Origin: Camelus dromedarius
Taxonomy: Eukaryota
Assembly (NCBI RefSeq): GCF_036321535.1
Contig: NC_087447.1
Location: 41,976,001-42,040,000, forward strand
Direction of reading: 5' to 3'
Length of the DNA stretch: 64,000 nucleotides
Below are positions 14,077 through 26,352 of the stretch, piece after piece. The number at the start of each line of letters is the position of its first letter. Position 1 is the first letter of the stretch. The translations under genes and the position numbers were made by a program. The notes beneath the pieces were generated by a model. It was not told where the DNA came from, ran no database searches, and saw only the letters and a program-made list of their open reading frames with translations.

Positions 14077-14218
14077 TTTATTAGTCTTTTTTTTTTTTTT
14101 CAATGCAACGAAAGTTTGTTGAGCATCTCAACCTAAAAAGTTACTATACCAGGCAATATCTTGGGCAGCAGTATGAACAAAACCTTGATGTGGCCACTAG
14201 GAACTTTTATTAGTCTTT
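14077..14218 (-). pseudogene. Very short retroposed insert (~105 nt plus poly(A)) with a 13-bp TSD; probable 3' end of a cellular RNA
   Basis: TSD tttattagtcttt at 14077-14089 and 14206-14218, with a T-run to 14100 directly after the left TSD. Confidence 0.7.
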
Positions 14219-14621
14219 ACAATACAGTAAATAATAAACAAGAAATTAAACTGGTCCACAGTTACATAAGCCAGATGGACATTTTCCTAACGTAGTACAT
14301 ATACATGGTTAGAAAATTCAGATAGTACAGAAAGATACGAATTTCTTCAGACAGTTGATTTCTTCCTGGGGGAAAAATGTTGTGTATTGCCAGAATAGAC
14401 AGATAAAATTTTCTTTTTTAAAAGTGATCGAACCATTCACACTGTTTTCTCATCTTGCTTTTTTTCACTTAGTACATCTTGGAGATCCTCCCACAGGCCT
14501 AATTAGTATAGATGCCAAATTATTTTTAATGACTGCATGTGTATGTATGTAATTTTGCAAATAGTGGAAGTTAAAGCCTGCTCTGGGTGAGGAGATAGAA
14601 GAGGTGATGGATCAGGTGTCT

Positions 14622-16407
14622 ATTTTTTCTTTTTTTTTTTCTCCCGAGGTAAATCATCAATTTTTTTAATTGAAGTATAATTGATTTACAGTACTGTGTT
14701 AGGTTCAGGTGTACAGAAAAGTAATTCAGTTTTTTTTCAGATTTTATTGATATGGCAAGATATTGAATATAATCCCTATACTACACAGTAAATCTTTGTT
14801 GCTTATCTGTTTTATATATAGTAGTTTGTATCTGTTAATCCTGTACCCCTAATGTGTCCCTTCCTCCCTCCCTCTACCCTTTGGTACCCATAATTTTGTT
14901 TTCTATGTCTGTAAGCCTGTTTCTGTTTTGTATACAGATTTATTTGTATTATTTTTAGGTTCCACACATAAATGATACCACATTGTATTTGGCTTTCTCT
15001 ATCTGACTTACTTCACTAAGTATAATATTCTCTAGGTCCATCCATGTTGCTACAAATAGCAATGATTAATTCTTTTTTATAGCTGAGTAGTATTCCATTG
15101 TGTGTATATATACCACATCTTCTTAAGCCAGTCATCTGTTGATGGGTACCTGAGTTGTTTCCATGTCTTGGCTATTGTAAATAGTGTTGTTATGAACATA
15201 GGGGTGCACGTCAAATTATAATTTTCATTTCTTCTGGATATATGGCCAGGAGTGGAATTGCTGGATCATATGGTAGCTCTAATTTTAGTTTTTTAAGAAA
15301 CCTCCATACTGTACTCCATCATGGCTGCACCAATTTACATTCCCACCAACAATGTAGGAGGATTCCCTTTTCTTTATACCCTCTCCAGCATTTGTTATTT
15401 GTGGACTTTTGATGATAGCCATTCTGCCCGGTGTGAAGTGATAGCTCACTGTGGTTTTGATTTTCATCTCTCTAATAATTAGTGATGCTGAGCATTTTCT
15501 CATGTGCCTGTTGGCCATCTGTATGTCTTCTTTGAAAAACTGTCTATTTAGGTTTTCTGCTCATTTTTTCATTGAGTGAGTTGTTTGTTTTGTTATTGAG
15601 TTATATGAGCTGATTGTGTATATTGGTTTAATTTGCCCTTGTCGGTTGCATTATTTGCAAATATTTTCTCCCAGTCCATAGGTTGTCTTTTCATTTTGTT
15701 TATGGTTTCCTTTGCTGTGCAAAGGCTTGTAAGTTTAATTAAGTCCTATTTGTTTATTTTTGCTTTTATTTCTGTTGCCCTGGGAGACTGACCTAAGGAA
15801 ATATTGCTACAATTTATGTCAGAGAATGTTCTGCGTATGTTCTCTTCTAGGAGTTTTATGATATCGTGTCTTATATTTAGATCTTTAAGCCATTTTGAGT
15901 TTATTTTTGTGTATTGTGTGAGGGAATGTTCTAATTTCATTGATTTAGATGTAGCTGTCGAGTTTTCCCAACATTACTTGTTAAAGAGACTGTCTTTACT
16001 CCACTGTCTATTCTTGCTTTCTTTGTCATAAATTAACTGTAGGTGCATGGGTTTATTTCTGGGCTCTCTGTACCATGCTGTTTTGATTACTGTAGCTTTG
16101 TAGTGTTCTCTGAAGTCTGGAAAGGTTATGCCTCCAGCTTTGTTCTTTTTCCTCAAAATTGCTTTGGCAATCCTGGGTTTTTTGTGGCTTCATATAAATT
16201 TTAGGATTCTTTGTTCTAGTTCTGTGGAAATGTCATGGATATTTTGATAGAGATTGCATTAAATCTAGATTGCTTTGGGTAGTATGGCCATTTTAACAAT
16301 ACTCATTCTTCCAATCCAAGAGCATGGGATATCTTTCCATTTCTTTGAATCATCTTCAATTTCCCATATTAGTGGTTTATGGGTTTTAGCATATACATTT
16401 TCTTTTT
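14622..16407 (-). mobile_element. 5'-truncated artiodactyl-type LINE-1 (~1.75 kb)
   Basis: 3' UTR 'ttttaattgaagtataattgatttacag...'. ORFs 15285..15518, 15746..15940 and 15974..16156 are L1 ORF2p fragments ([41 protein letters not shown]). Confidence 0.95.
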
Positions 16408-17684
16408 GATGAAAAAATAATTATATATATACTTGCTATTCTCTTAAGCAGAATACTTTATTGACCCAGATGAAATATAATGTTCATCTTTTAGAGCTTT
16501 ACTTAGAGTAAAAGATGTTCCACTTGTAACATTATCTATCTTAGATCTTTGGAAATTTGTTACAGCCGCCACAGATTTAGGGTTTTTTCCGCCTACAGTT
16601 CCCTCTCACTTTTTTCTTCTTCTACTAAGTTGTAATTCATGTTTCTTTAACTTATGAAGCCTTTCTTGAAAGTAGTGCCTTAACAGCTAGGTTTAAATTG
16701 CTAGGGTTACTTTAATGGTGAAGAATAATATAATCTTTCACATTTACAGTATGTTTGTTGTTTATATGATGGTTTCATTCTCAGTTCAGCAAACATTTTA
16801 TTAGATGTCAAGCCCTATGCTTATCTTTGATGCAGAGTTGTAGATGAATAACACATGGTCCTTACCCTCAAGAAACATACTGTCTTAATGTCAATCCATT
16901 AGTTAATTACTGATAGAGCAGTCATTTCACAGTTAATGAGTAACATTAGGCTTCTCTTTGTTTACTCAAGTCCTTTTCATTCAAAGGTCATGTTTTATAA
17001 ATTGAGAACTAGAATATATGCTCAAAATTTAAAGCAGAGATTCTTGTCTAAATATTGCTTCTTTTGGAAGAAAAATAATTAAAGAATAAGATAAAATCAA
17101 TAGTCAAAGCAGAAGTGGAACCAAATAGAATACCCTTGCATTATTCTTTCCCAGCGATAGCAGTGAGCAGCAGTGAAGGCCATGGGCCCCTCCACCATGA
17201 GCCATCATTTAATGCCTTCTCCTCAGTGATCCATGCACTTTAGGGTCACCCTGTTGCAGTTCTTAATAACCCAGGTAATCTGGAGAGTGTCCTGGAGTCT
17301 ATCAAAGTATGACAGATCCCTCCCATTATGTCTTTGAGGCACATCTGTTGGTTACTGATGCTCAAAATGCCTCCCAGGAGAGCTGACACTTTCTCCTTTG
17401 GGTACCCACTGTAGTTTATGTGTATCCTGGAAGGAAAAAGCAACACCCTGTTTCCTTAAGTTCAAGCACCCTAAAGTGTTGCCTTCCCAAATTCCAAAGA
17501 TCTCCCCCATGCAGATGACACTTTGAAGATGTTTTACTGATTGAGCTAGGTCTTACTTCAGCACGAGAGCCTTATTCAGGCTCTTATTCTCTGTAGAAAT
17601 AGATTTTTTTTTTCCAAAATTCTCACTTCTTTCAGTATGTTACAGTGTCTTTTCCAAGATCCAGCCACATAAAAGATTTATTTT

Positions 17685-17995
17685 TATTAATAAATTTATT
17701 GAAATATAATTTATATACCACTAAATTCATTTAAGTTTACATTTCAGGGACTATTAGTATATTTACTGTACAGCTGTACAGCTATCACCACCATCTTATT
17801 TTAGGACATTTCTGTCACTCCAGAAGGAAATTTCATGCCCATTTACCATTGCTCCCCATTTTCTGGCAACCACTTACATACTTTCTGTCTCTATAAATTT
17901 TCCTTTTCTGGAGATTTTATATAAATGGAGTAATATATGTTCTTTATGTCTGGCTTCTTTCACTGAGTATAGTGTGTATTTGAATTTCACCTGTG
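17685..17995 (-). mobile_element. L1MB-like 3' UTR fragment
   Basis: 'tttattgaaatataatttatataccac...ctggcaaccact...tctggcttctttcactgag'. Confidence 0.7.
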
Positions 17996-18689
17996 ATGTT
18001 TTGAAGATTTCTTTAGGACTGTTAATTATTAATGAAAAATTTTTCACACCCAGAGTGCTTAAATCATCTTTTGTATTCTTAGGTACATCAGATTGTACCT
18101 AATTCAAAATATAATACATAATTAAACTAATTATATTTTAATAAATAATATGGAAGAATGTGAGATGAAGAGCATGATTTCTCAGTTTGAAGAAATATAT
18201 TCTATATTTCTGTCTACATGGTTTTATAGTTGCTTAGTTCTTTTGCTAAATTTTAACTTTTGCTTATATATTCTAGACAAACATCCACTAGCTTTTCTGA
18301 CTAAATAAAATTTGAGACCTAGGTATCATTTCCATATAAAAATATAAAAGCCTAAGGCAAGTATATTTGAGATGGTGTAATAAAATCTGTTGAAAATCTG
18401 AAAAAAAGTCATTTTTGTAAACCTAGCTGTCCTGATGAGAGAAGCAGAAAGTGAACATTAAAGCATGGATAACACAGAATTTCCTTTTCCATCTCCTGAG
18501 CAATGACCCTCCTATCACCAGACTTTAGCAGTAATTCTGCTCCCTACCCCTGCCCCCTACTCCTGCCCCCTAAAATGAGTACACTAAAATCTTTTATCTG
18601 TGTCTTTCATGTCAGTGCTTGATACTTCTTATGTAAGCCTGTGTATCTAATAGAACATGGTAAAGAAAAGAAGTCCAGAGGAAGGTGAT

Positions 18690-18920
18690 AGGAATAATAA
18701 TGACAGCTAATATTTACTGAATTCTTACTATGTAAAAGATGCTACATTTGGCTTACTGTAACTAGTCCAACTCAATGAATATTATTCCCATTTTAAGATG
18801 AAAGAACTATGACTTAGAGAGAATCTGTACCACTTAGCTAGTAAGTTGCAGAGCCAGGACTCAAACTCAGTTCTACCTGACTCCAAAGTTCGTATTCTCT
18901 GATTATGATTCCATTCCCCA
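18690..18920 (-). mobile_element. MIR SINE
   Basis: Core 'attattcccattttaagatgaaagaact...gcagagccaggactcaaactcag'. Confidence 0.75.
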
Positions 18921-20077
18921 AGTGAATCCCAATTTACATGGCATACTTCTGAGAGCTTTTTTTGTCCAGTACCTTTGTTTAGAGGTATTGAACTGACATC
19001 ACTCATACTTCCTCATTCCTCCAACCATTTTCATCTATATATCCAGCAGGGATATTTCATTAAGCTTTGGCTTGGAGGAGGCAAAGTTAGGAAATGCTGA
19101 TGAACTGCGTGTTATAGTTAACTTAGTAAATAACTGTCACATATCATTATTTATAAATCCCTAATTTCCACATATTTCTAATATAAAACATACTAAGTAT
19201 TTAGAATCACAACAGATGCACTTTTGTATTTCTTTGACTTAGAAGTTACTGAATAACTGACTGGCTTTGCCTCTCAGTCATTAATATGGGCCCTATTTGT
19301 CCTGCCATAGATATCACAGCTTGTAGATAATTCCAACTGATGCAATCCAAGCGAACCCATAGTTTGTGGTATTAAGATTGCTCCTAGAAGAAAAATCTTA
19401 CAGTAATATTTAAAAAATAGGTATTTCATCAGTGTTAATCTTTTCCCCATTGGTAAATAATGAGAGAAATTCTTTAAAATCTACAAAATAGGGAAAGAAT
19501 TTTGTTTTTCTTGGATTTTATGATCTGGATACATTTCATTGCCTACAACAGGTCTCAAAAGGATTACATTTTTGGCAAAAAAAAAAGTGGTGATGATGAA
19601 GGGTCTTTTTCATATTTTTTTCTACTGTAAAATCAAATACTAATCTTAAAAATTAAGTCAGCAGAAAAACGTTTGAAAATGAAGACAGACATCAACACTG
19701 GACTGAATCCAAATTTGGCCTAGAGAAGATATGAATGTGTTTATTATAGCAGATGCCTCCAGCACAGCAGAATTTTACAATGGCCAGGGAAATAGTATCT
19801 TGCTTTTATTTCCTCTCTTTATTTTCTTCTTGTTCTTTAGGACTGTTTCACATTCCTACCTCCACCTCCTCCCTCTCAGCACAACTTCTTCTTGCCTCTC
19901 TTACTTTTTCTTTCCAGTTTTACATGGCTGCTCCTTCCTCCTGGAGAACCTCTGCTTCTGAAATCTGTGAATTATTATAATTAGTGTGGAAGTACTGTTA
20001 TTTGTTAATGTTTAATATTCACAGTTTAGTGATATAAGGCAATTATAGAATAATTTACTCCAAAGCCCTAGAACAGA

Positions 20078-20157
<80 letters not shown>
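20078..20157. repeat. Perfect (ATT)26 microsatellite
   Basis: Read directly from the sequence; uninterrupted from 20079 to 20156. Confidence 0.98.
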
Positions 20158-20158
<1 letters not shown>

Positions 20159-23100
20159 TGTGTTTTCCAGTGAAGAATTAACAAGTATTTGTGGAGCGTT
20201 TTCCTGGACTTTTCAACTTTTTCATACTATGATCAAAGATTGGGGGCTCCTGTATTCATTCTTCAAGAAATAAGACAGCCTACTAGTACCGTTCAGTTCA
20301 GTAGACATTGAACCACTACCATGTCCCAAGAGTTAGAAATACAGAGGAAGAAGTCAAGGTCTCTGCCCTTGAGGAGAACACATACTTACAGAAAAATAGA
20401 TCAGTAAATTACAACCTAACTGTTCTAAAACAGGTATAGTTATATTATACATTAATTCCTGGTGCAATAAGGAACACTACAAAGAATTTATGACAGTTGT
20501 GCCTTGAAAGATAAATGGGCATTTGTCTTACAGGTGGGAAGTGGGTGGGCAGAGAAGATATAAATATTACAGGCAGAGAAAACACCATGATCACTTACTG
20601 GGAATTGTGACTGGAGACAGAAGCAGAAAGACAAGTCTGTGGCTAGACTGTGAAGGGCTTTGTGTGCCATGTTAAGGAATTTGAATACTGTTATGTAAAT
20701 GACAAGAATTTTTTTACTTTTACACTCATAATTTTTTAAAGGTTTAAATAAACTAATTGCAAAAAGTGAGATTTGAATGGTTACTTGTAAATGTAAAAAA
20801 TAATTTAACCACCTTAGTAGAAAATTTTATTTCAAAAAAGTCTCTGTCTACTCTGCGTAAAACTCCACTACTCATTATGTGAGTTACACTGATGCATAAG
20901 ACACAGTTTCTGCCGTCCATTAACTGTTTATCTAATAAAGTAGACAGGCATGAAAATCACTAGTACTAAGTACAATAGGAGGAAATAAAGCGAACTGTTA
21001 TACTGAGTAGGAGTGTGTCAAGGATTAAAGAGACTAACCTGTTCCCTTTTTTTCTTTTTTCATCCCTTATAGTCTGCTTTACATAATGACATTGATTTGG
21101 GGAGATTCTGTTTTCTCCTCCTCCCTTTCCCTCTGGGTTCTGGCTTTGATATGTGTAAATTTTGTCCCCTCCCTCACATGGGGGCCTTCTCCATCAAGCC
21201 TTTCTAACCAACTTTCCGTGCTTTCTTGGGATTATTCATCATTCTCTCCTCTTTTCCCTCCTCTTAAGAACCCTCTTTTTATTATTTCTTCTGCTTCAGC
21301 CAGTCTTAGAGCATTCTTCAATATTAATACACATGAAAGCTATGCAAATCAAAACACTTTGTGTTCTAGAGAAAGTCTTTATTCACAAAGGATTATTTAT
21401 AATTAACAAACCAGTAATTAACCTTCAACCTCAAGATTTATTATCCATATTCAGTCAAAACTGTTAACCCCAGTCATTCTCTAAGAAATATCTACCTTGG
21501 AGGAGGGACTTGCCATTTCTTCTAGATTGTCATATAACAGAGTAAAGTTTGAAGTACAAATTACCGTTCAACATGGAGGTCAAACCAGATGCATGGGGAC
21601 AGAAAGATGGTATGAGTTTACTCTCTTCTTAGTTTTTAGTATTTATTTTTCTGTCATGGAATTTGGTGCCTTAGGTGGGAATAGCGTCTACCACAGTAAG
21701 AGATCGGGAGAACATTGCTTGAGTACAGTTATTGTAAAGGGTGTTCAGTAGACTAAGAAAAGATCAGAACTTGGTTACACAAAATCCTTAGCTAAATTCT
21801 AGAAATTTTTCATTAAGTGCTTTGGGGCAACAGCCTAAATTTAAAAGGAGAGTTATAAATGCAGATTTAAAATACGTACATGGAATAGATTAGGCACCAT
21901 TGATTTAAATACAGTTGAAAAGATTCTACATAATGTTGTTGTATAATTACTGACTTTTACCCAATTCAGTTTCCTTACTAATACTGGTTGACTTAATGAA
22001 TTTAATTCACACTAGACTGAACGTTACATGTAACCTCCTAGTTTGTGTGTGATCTGGACCTAACTACAGAAGCAGCTGTCTGTGTATTTTCCCCATGTCA
22101 CTAGAGCCCGATTAAACTGAATGACACATTAGGAATAATGACTTAATAAGACCCATGTGTAAACTGTCTTGTGAATATGACAGTCATTGATGCATTAGTG
22201 TTAATTTTAACTTAACTATTATGGCTGTTGGTTATTGAAAGAACAATAATCATCATTTTATTGAGTACTTCTGACATACCAGGAACTATGCTAAATGCTT
22301 TATATGCATGGGATAATAATAACTATTATTATCCCCATTTTAAAAATACAGTCATGCTGTTTTTAAAATTTTTTCCTTAATACATGGTGTGACTTCTTGT
22401 CATCTGAAATTTGGGCTTATCCAAAACTCAGATGTCTAGATTTTAGAAAATAAATACTTGGTTTGTAGGACTTTATATGAAATAAACTATAGTGATTAAG
22501 GGAGCAATTCGAAACTTGAGATTAATAGGTGAGACAAGAGAAAAAAATAAGATGATACAAGATTCGTACTTCCAGGGTCTAGAAAACTGTCCTACTCTTT
22601 CATCTAATGGTACTATTTTGGCTTCAACAATTTGAGAATGAAACTATATGTATCTAAGATCATGAAGCAAATAAGCTAAGATTGTAATTGGTTCACTGAT
22701 ACTTTATCTCTGTACATACTTTACTTTCATTGTTATTTTAAAGGTATCAATTCTTTGGGTTAATAGTTCACTCGAATATAAATTAACTCCATTATGAATT
22801 TGGAAAAAAGTCCATGAAATAATTTTTTTCCTTTCCTTCATGGTTTTTCTAATACTTGATAGTTTTTGTTTGTATACAGAAGGCACTATGAAATTCTTAA
22901 AATTTACCCACAAAGATATTATCAGAATCAAAAAAAGTAAGCCATATTCAAAGCCATTTAACTTGTTAAACCTTACAAAAGATGCTTATCATTTTAATAA
23001 TGTTAACATTATGTATTATGTGTAATATATGATACACTGACATGTTATATTATTAACATGTGCTGGACTGTCCTTTGTAGGGAATGGTGAGGTGATGGAT

Positions 23101-23449
23101 GATGCCCAGTCACCACTGACACCGCAAAGACTGTAGAGCTAATTTCAGGAGAGGAATTGAGTTATCTCTGAGCCACCCATTGTTTTATGCCAGATTACAA
23201 ATAAAATACTGAAATTGTAGGATAAAATAAAATATCTTATTAAATGCATAACTAAGTACAAGAAAGTAAGGGAGATCTTCAAGGGCGAAAAATGAAAAGG
23301 AAGCAGGACTCTAAGGTGGTATGCTGCTGCTGGCTAAGGCCGCAGTTAACCTAAAAGCACCGAGTAGTACCTGGGACCTAGAGCTTTTGGTTTAGGGGGA
23401 GAGACTGAAATCTACAGATAAACTTATAAATTAAAGAAACAATTCCTAA

Positions 23450-23930
23450 GCCATGGCAGTTTCTTGCCTGGATTACTGCCCTCTTATTGGCGTCCTTGCT
23501 TTCACCTTTGCCGCCTGCATTCTGTTGTCAACACAGCAGCCTAAGTTACCCTTTTAAAACATGTCAAATCATATCATTGCTCTGCTTTAAAACCCTCCAG
23601 TTGCTTCTCATTGTACTCAGAGGCACTTCTTAAATTAACTCTATGTTTCTGTCCCTCAGTTCTCTCATATCTTTGCTTAAATGTCACCTTCTCAGTGAGG
23701 CTTATCCTAATAACCCTGTTTAAAATTTTACCCTCCCTCTCCAGCACTCTTGCTCCCCCTTCTCTGCTCTTTTGTAGGTATATGTGCATCACACACATTT
23801 ATTACACTTATTTCCTGTGTCTTGCCACTGGAATGTAAGCTTCAGGAAAGCAGAAATTTTCATTTATTCACTGGTCTCTCTCCACCTCCTGGATTTTGTC
23901 TAGTACACAGTCAGTCCTTAATGAATGAAG
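23450..23930 (+). mobile_element. L2 LINE 3' fragment
   Basis: 'cttaaatgtcaccttctcagtgaggctt...gaatgtaagcttcagg...aatgaatgaa'. Confidence 0.75.
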
Positions 23931-24124
23931 AAAATCGATTAAAAGGAAAAACAAAAATACAGTACAGAAGATCAACAAAACCCAGAGTTGGTTTCTGAAA
24001 AGAGTAATAAGTAGACTTTATACTCCAGTTGTAACTCCAGAATCCATCCCTTTAACCATTACACAGTACACAGCTTCCAAAATACAACTTCCTTCCACCT
24101 TCACAAAGCTTACCATCTAGTGAG

Positions 24125-24335
24125 TGGACACTGGAATCAGACTGACTGGGACTTAATAGCTCCGTGACCTTGGGCATGTTATTTTACTTCTCTGTGCCAG
24201 TGTCATTAACTATAAGTAAGGATGATAATAGTACTTACCTTGTATGGTTATTAAGAGCATTAAATGCTATAGCATATGTAAAGTGCTTTACTTCCCAGCA
24301 TATGATAAGCCTTCAATAAATGTTAATGACTACTG
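24125..24335 (+). mobile_element. MIR SINE
   Basis: 'gtgaccttgggcatgttattttacttctctgtgcc...gatgataatagtacttacct...atgtaaagtgctt'. Confidence 0.8.
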
Positions 24336-24889
24336 CTGTTTTTTTTATTATTATTATACCCTTCCCACCTGTTTCTCCTCTTCCTTTTCCCCATATAAGT
24401 TTAGCTCAGTTCTTCCAGGAAGTGTTATGAATGTAGTAAAAGCTGATCAGAAGTCCTATAGATGGACACACTGGTTGTCTGACATAAGAATCGACGCTCA
24501 AACCAACTGTCCAATTAATTCTTACTGCTCTGTGCTGAGTTTTGATGGCAGTAACAAATCAGTAATGTGGGAAAGAGGAAGGTGTAGAAGAGTGGAAGAC
24601 ATGGTTTGTGTATTGCTCTTGAGTCAAGAAATTTTGAGATAACCTTCCAAGTTTCCATAAGAACAACCCCCCACAAACACACTCCACTTATCAGGCTGTA
24701 CACTCCCTACTGAAAGGTCATATGCTGATTATCTGAACTGAAAACAAGCAATATCTGACTAACTCCCCAATGATATCATGGCAAATATATGGATTTAGAA
24801 GTAGGCTGTCACTGAACATTGACACTTTGGGGTACAGGGAATCTAAAAGTTCTTGTCAGGCCTGCTATCTTTTCTTCCTGTCCTCTCTG

Positions 24890-25160
24890 ACAAGATTGCA
24901 AACTCAAATGCTTAATGAAGCCAGACAGGTAATGTAAATAATTGAAGTGGAAATTGTACAGAACTGAAGAATGCTTGTTCCATGTTAGTGGAACATCTTC
25001 TATTCAGTTCCAGTCATTTGTTGTTAGCAAAAATGTGAGCACAGTGTAGCCAGGTCTTGCACTTTTCAAAATAAGATAGAACTTTTAAAAAATTGTCCTG
25101 CTTATTAATAATACAATTCAAAACAAAAAACTGCAAGATACCAATTTGTAACCTTTGCTA
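24890..25160. mobile_element. hAT-Charlie-type MITE relic (MER102-like)
   Basis: 'ttgcaaactcaaatgctt...gccagacaggtaatgtaaat' through to 'tttgtaacctttg'. A related copy lies at ~31500-31790. Family from memory. Confidence 0.45.
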
Positions 25161-26352
25161 TAGAACTTCTGTGTGGATCTCTGTGAAAAACAATGAGAAT
25201 TGCAGGATTTTAACTTGAAAGAAAGATCTGACTAAAGATAAAAATTTGAGAGTCTTCTAAAGACAGATGATTACCAAGCCCTGTTGGGAGGCAAGAGAAG
25301 AGAAAATAATAGAGGTCAGAAACTTGGAGGGAAAATGTATGGAATGAGAAAAGGATGACAAGCCAAAGAATGAGACAGGACAAGAGAGTCACATGTAGGA
25401 GATCAAGAGAAGTTGCAAAATTCCTGCTTTTGAGTAGAAGTTAAAGAAAACTGCTAATTTGATCCATCTTTCAGTAGGTTATGTGATGCCATTGAAAATC
25501 AACTAATCATTTATTTTACCAGAAAGCAATGAGCAAGGAAATATAATCATGAGCTGAAGCTAGGCTGTAATTTATTCTATAGTAGTATGGAATGTGATGT
25601 ATTCTGTTGGTGCACTGAAAATACAGTGAAGGTAGGAGGCATCCCATCTGCTGAGAAGTCACCCAGGAAGATGGGGGCAGGGCTGCACAGTATCTGTAAG
25701 TCTGTTTCTGCCTCAGCCTTAGCATACCTGGCGTCTTGAATCCTGTTGCAGGATTCCAGGGTAGTCAGATACTAACTGCTGACACATAGATTTAAAAATA
25801 AAAATTTTACAACAGAATAGCTTAATAAATTTGTTTGAATGTTTTCATCTTCTAGAGGAAATAGACTTCTCCCAAAACTATATCTCTTCTTACTTTGTTA
25901 TCACCATAAGTAGAATACAGTATAAAACGTTTATATCCCCCAAATTGAGAAAGGAACTAGCCAGGCTTAATGAATTTGGTGGAGAGGGGCAGGAAGCAGG
26001 GAGGGGAGTGCAGGGAGATGACTGAATTATTACAGGCCTAGACTAGACACGGTTTTTTTTTATGGGCAACATGAGGATTAGAAGGAAACATTAGACTGTA
26101 GATTTTTATTATTTAAAAATTATTGCTTTTTTTAAATAATGCAGTTAAAAGTACATGAACTACTTGGGAGTGCTGACATCATGTGTAGTAATAGGAAGTA
26201 ATTACACTATTTGAATATCTGAGTCCTAGAAGCTTTGGCTTATATATTGACCACCTTAGGGGGTTTCCATTAAATGTTTGGAATGTGTTTACACAATTGA
26301 ATAGATAACTTATCTTCTTAGGTTTTCTTTTAACATTACCAAGGATAATTGG

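Noticed and set aside
15285..16156. ORFs with reverse-transcriptase-family similarity (also 26699-27428, 36202-36426, 40852-41106)
   Set aside because: Broken fragments of L1 ORF2 in 5'-truncated copies; not functional genes or a novel RT system.
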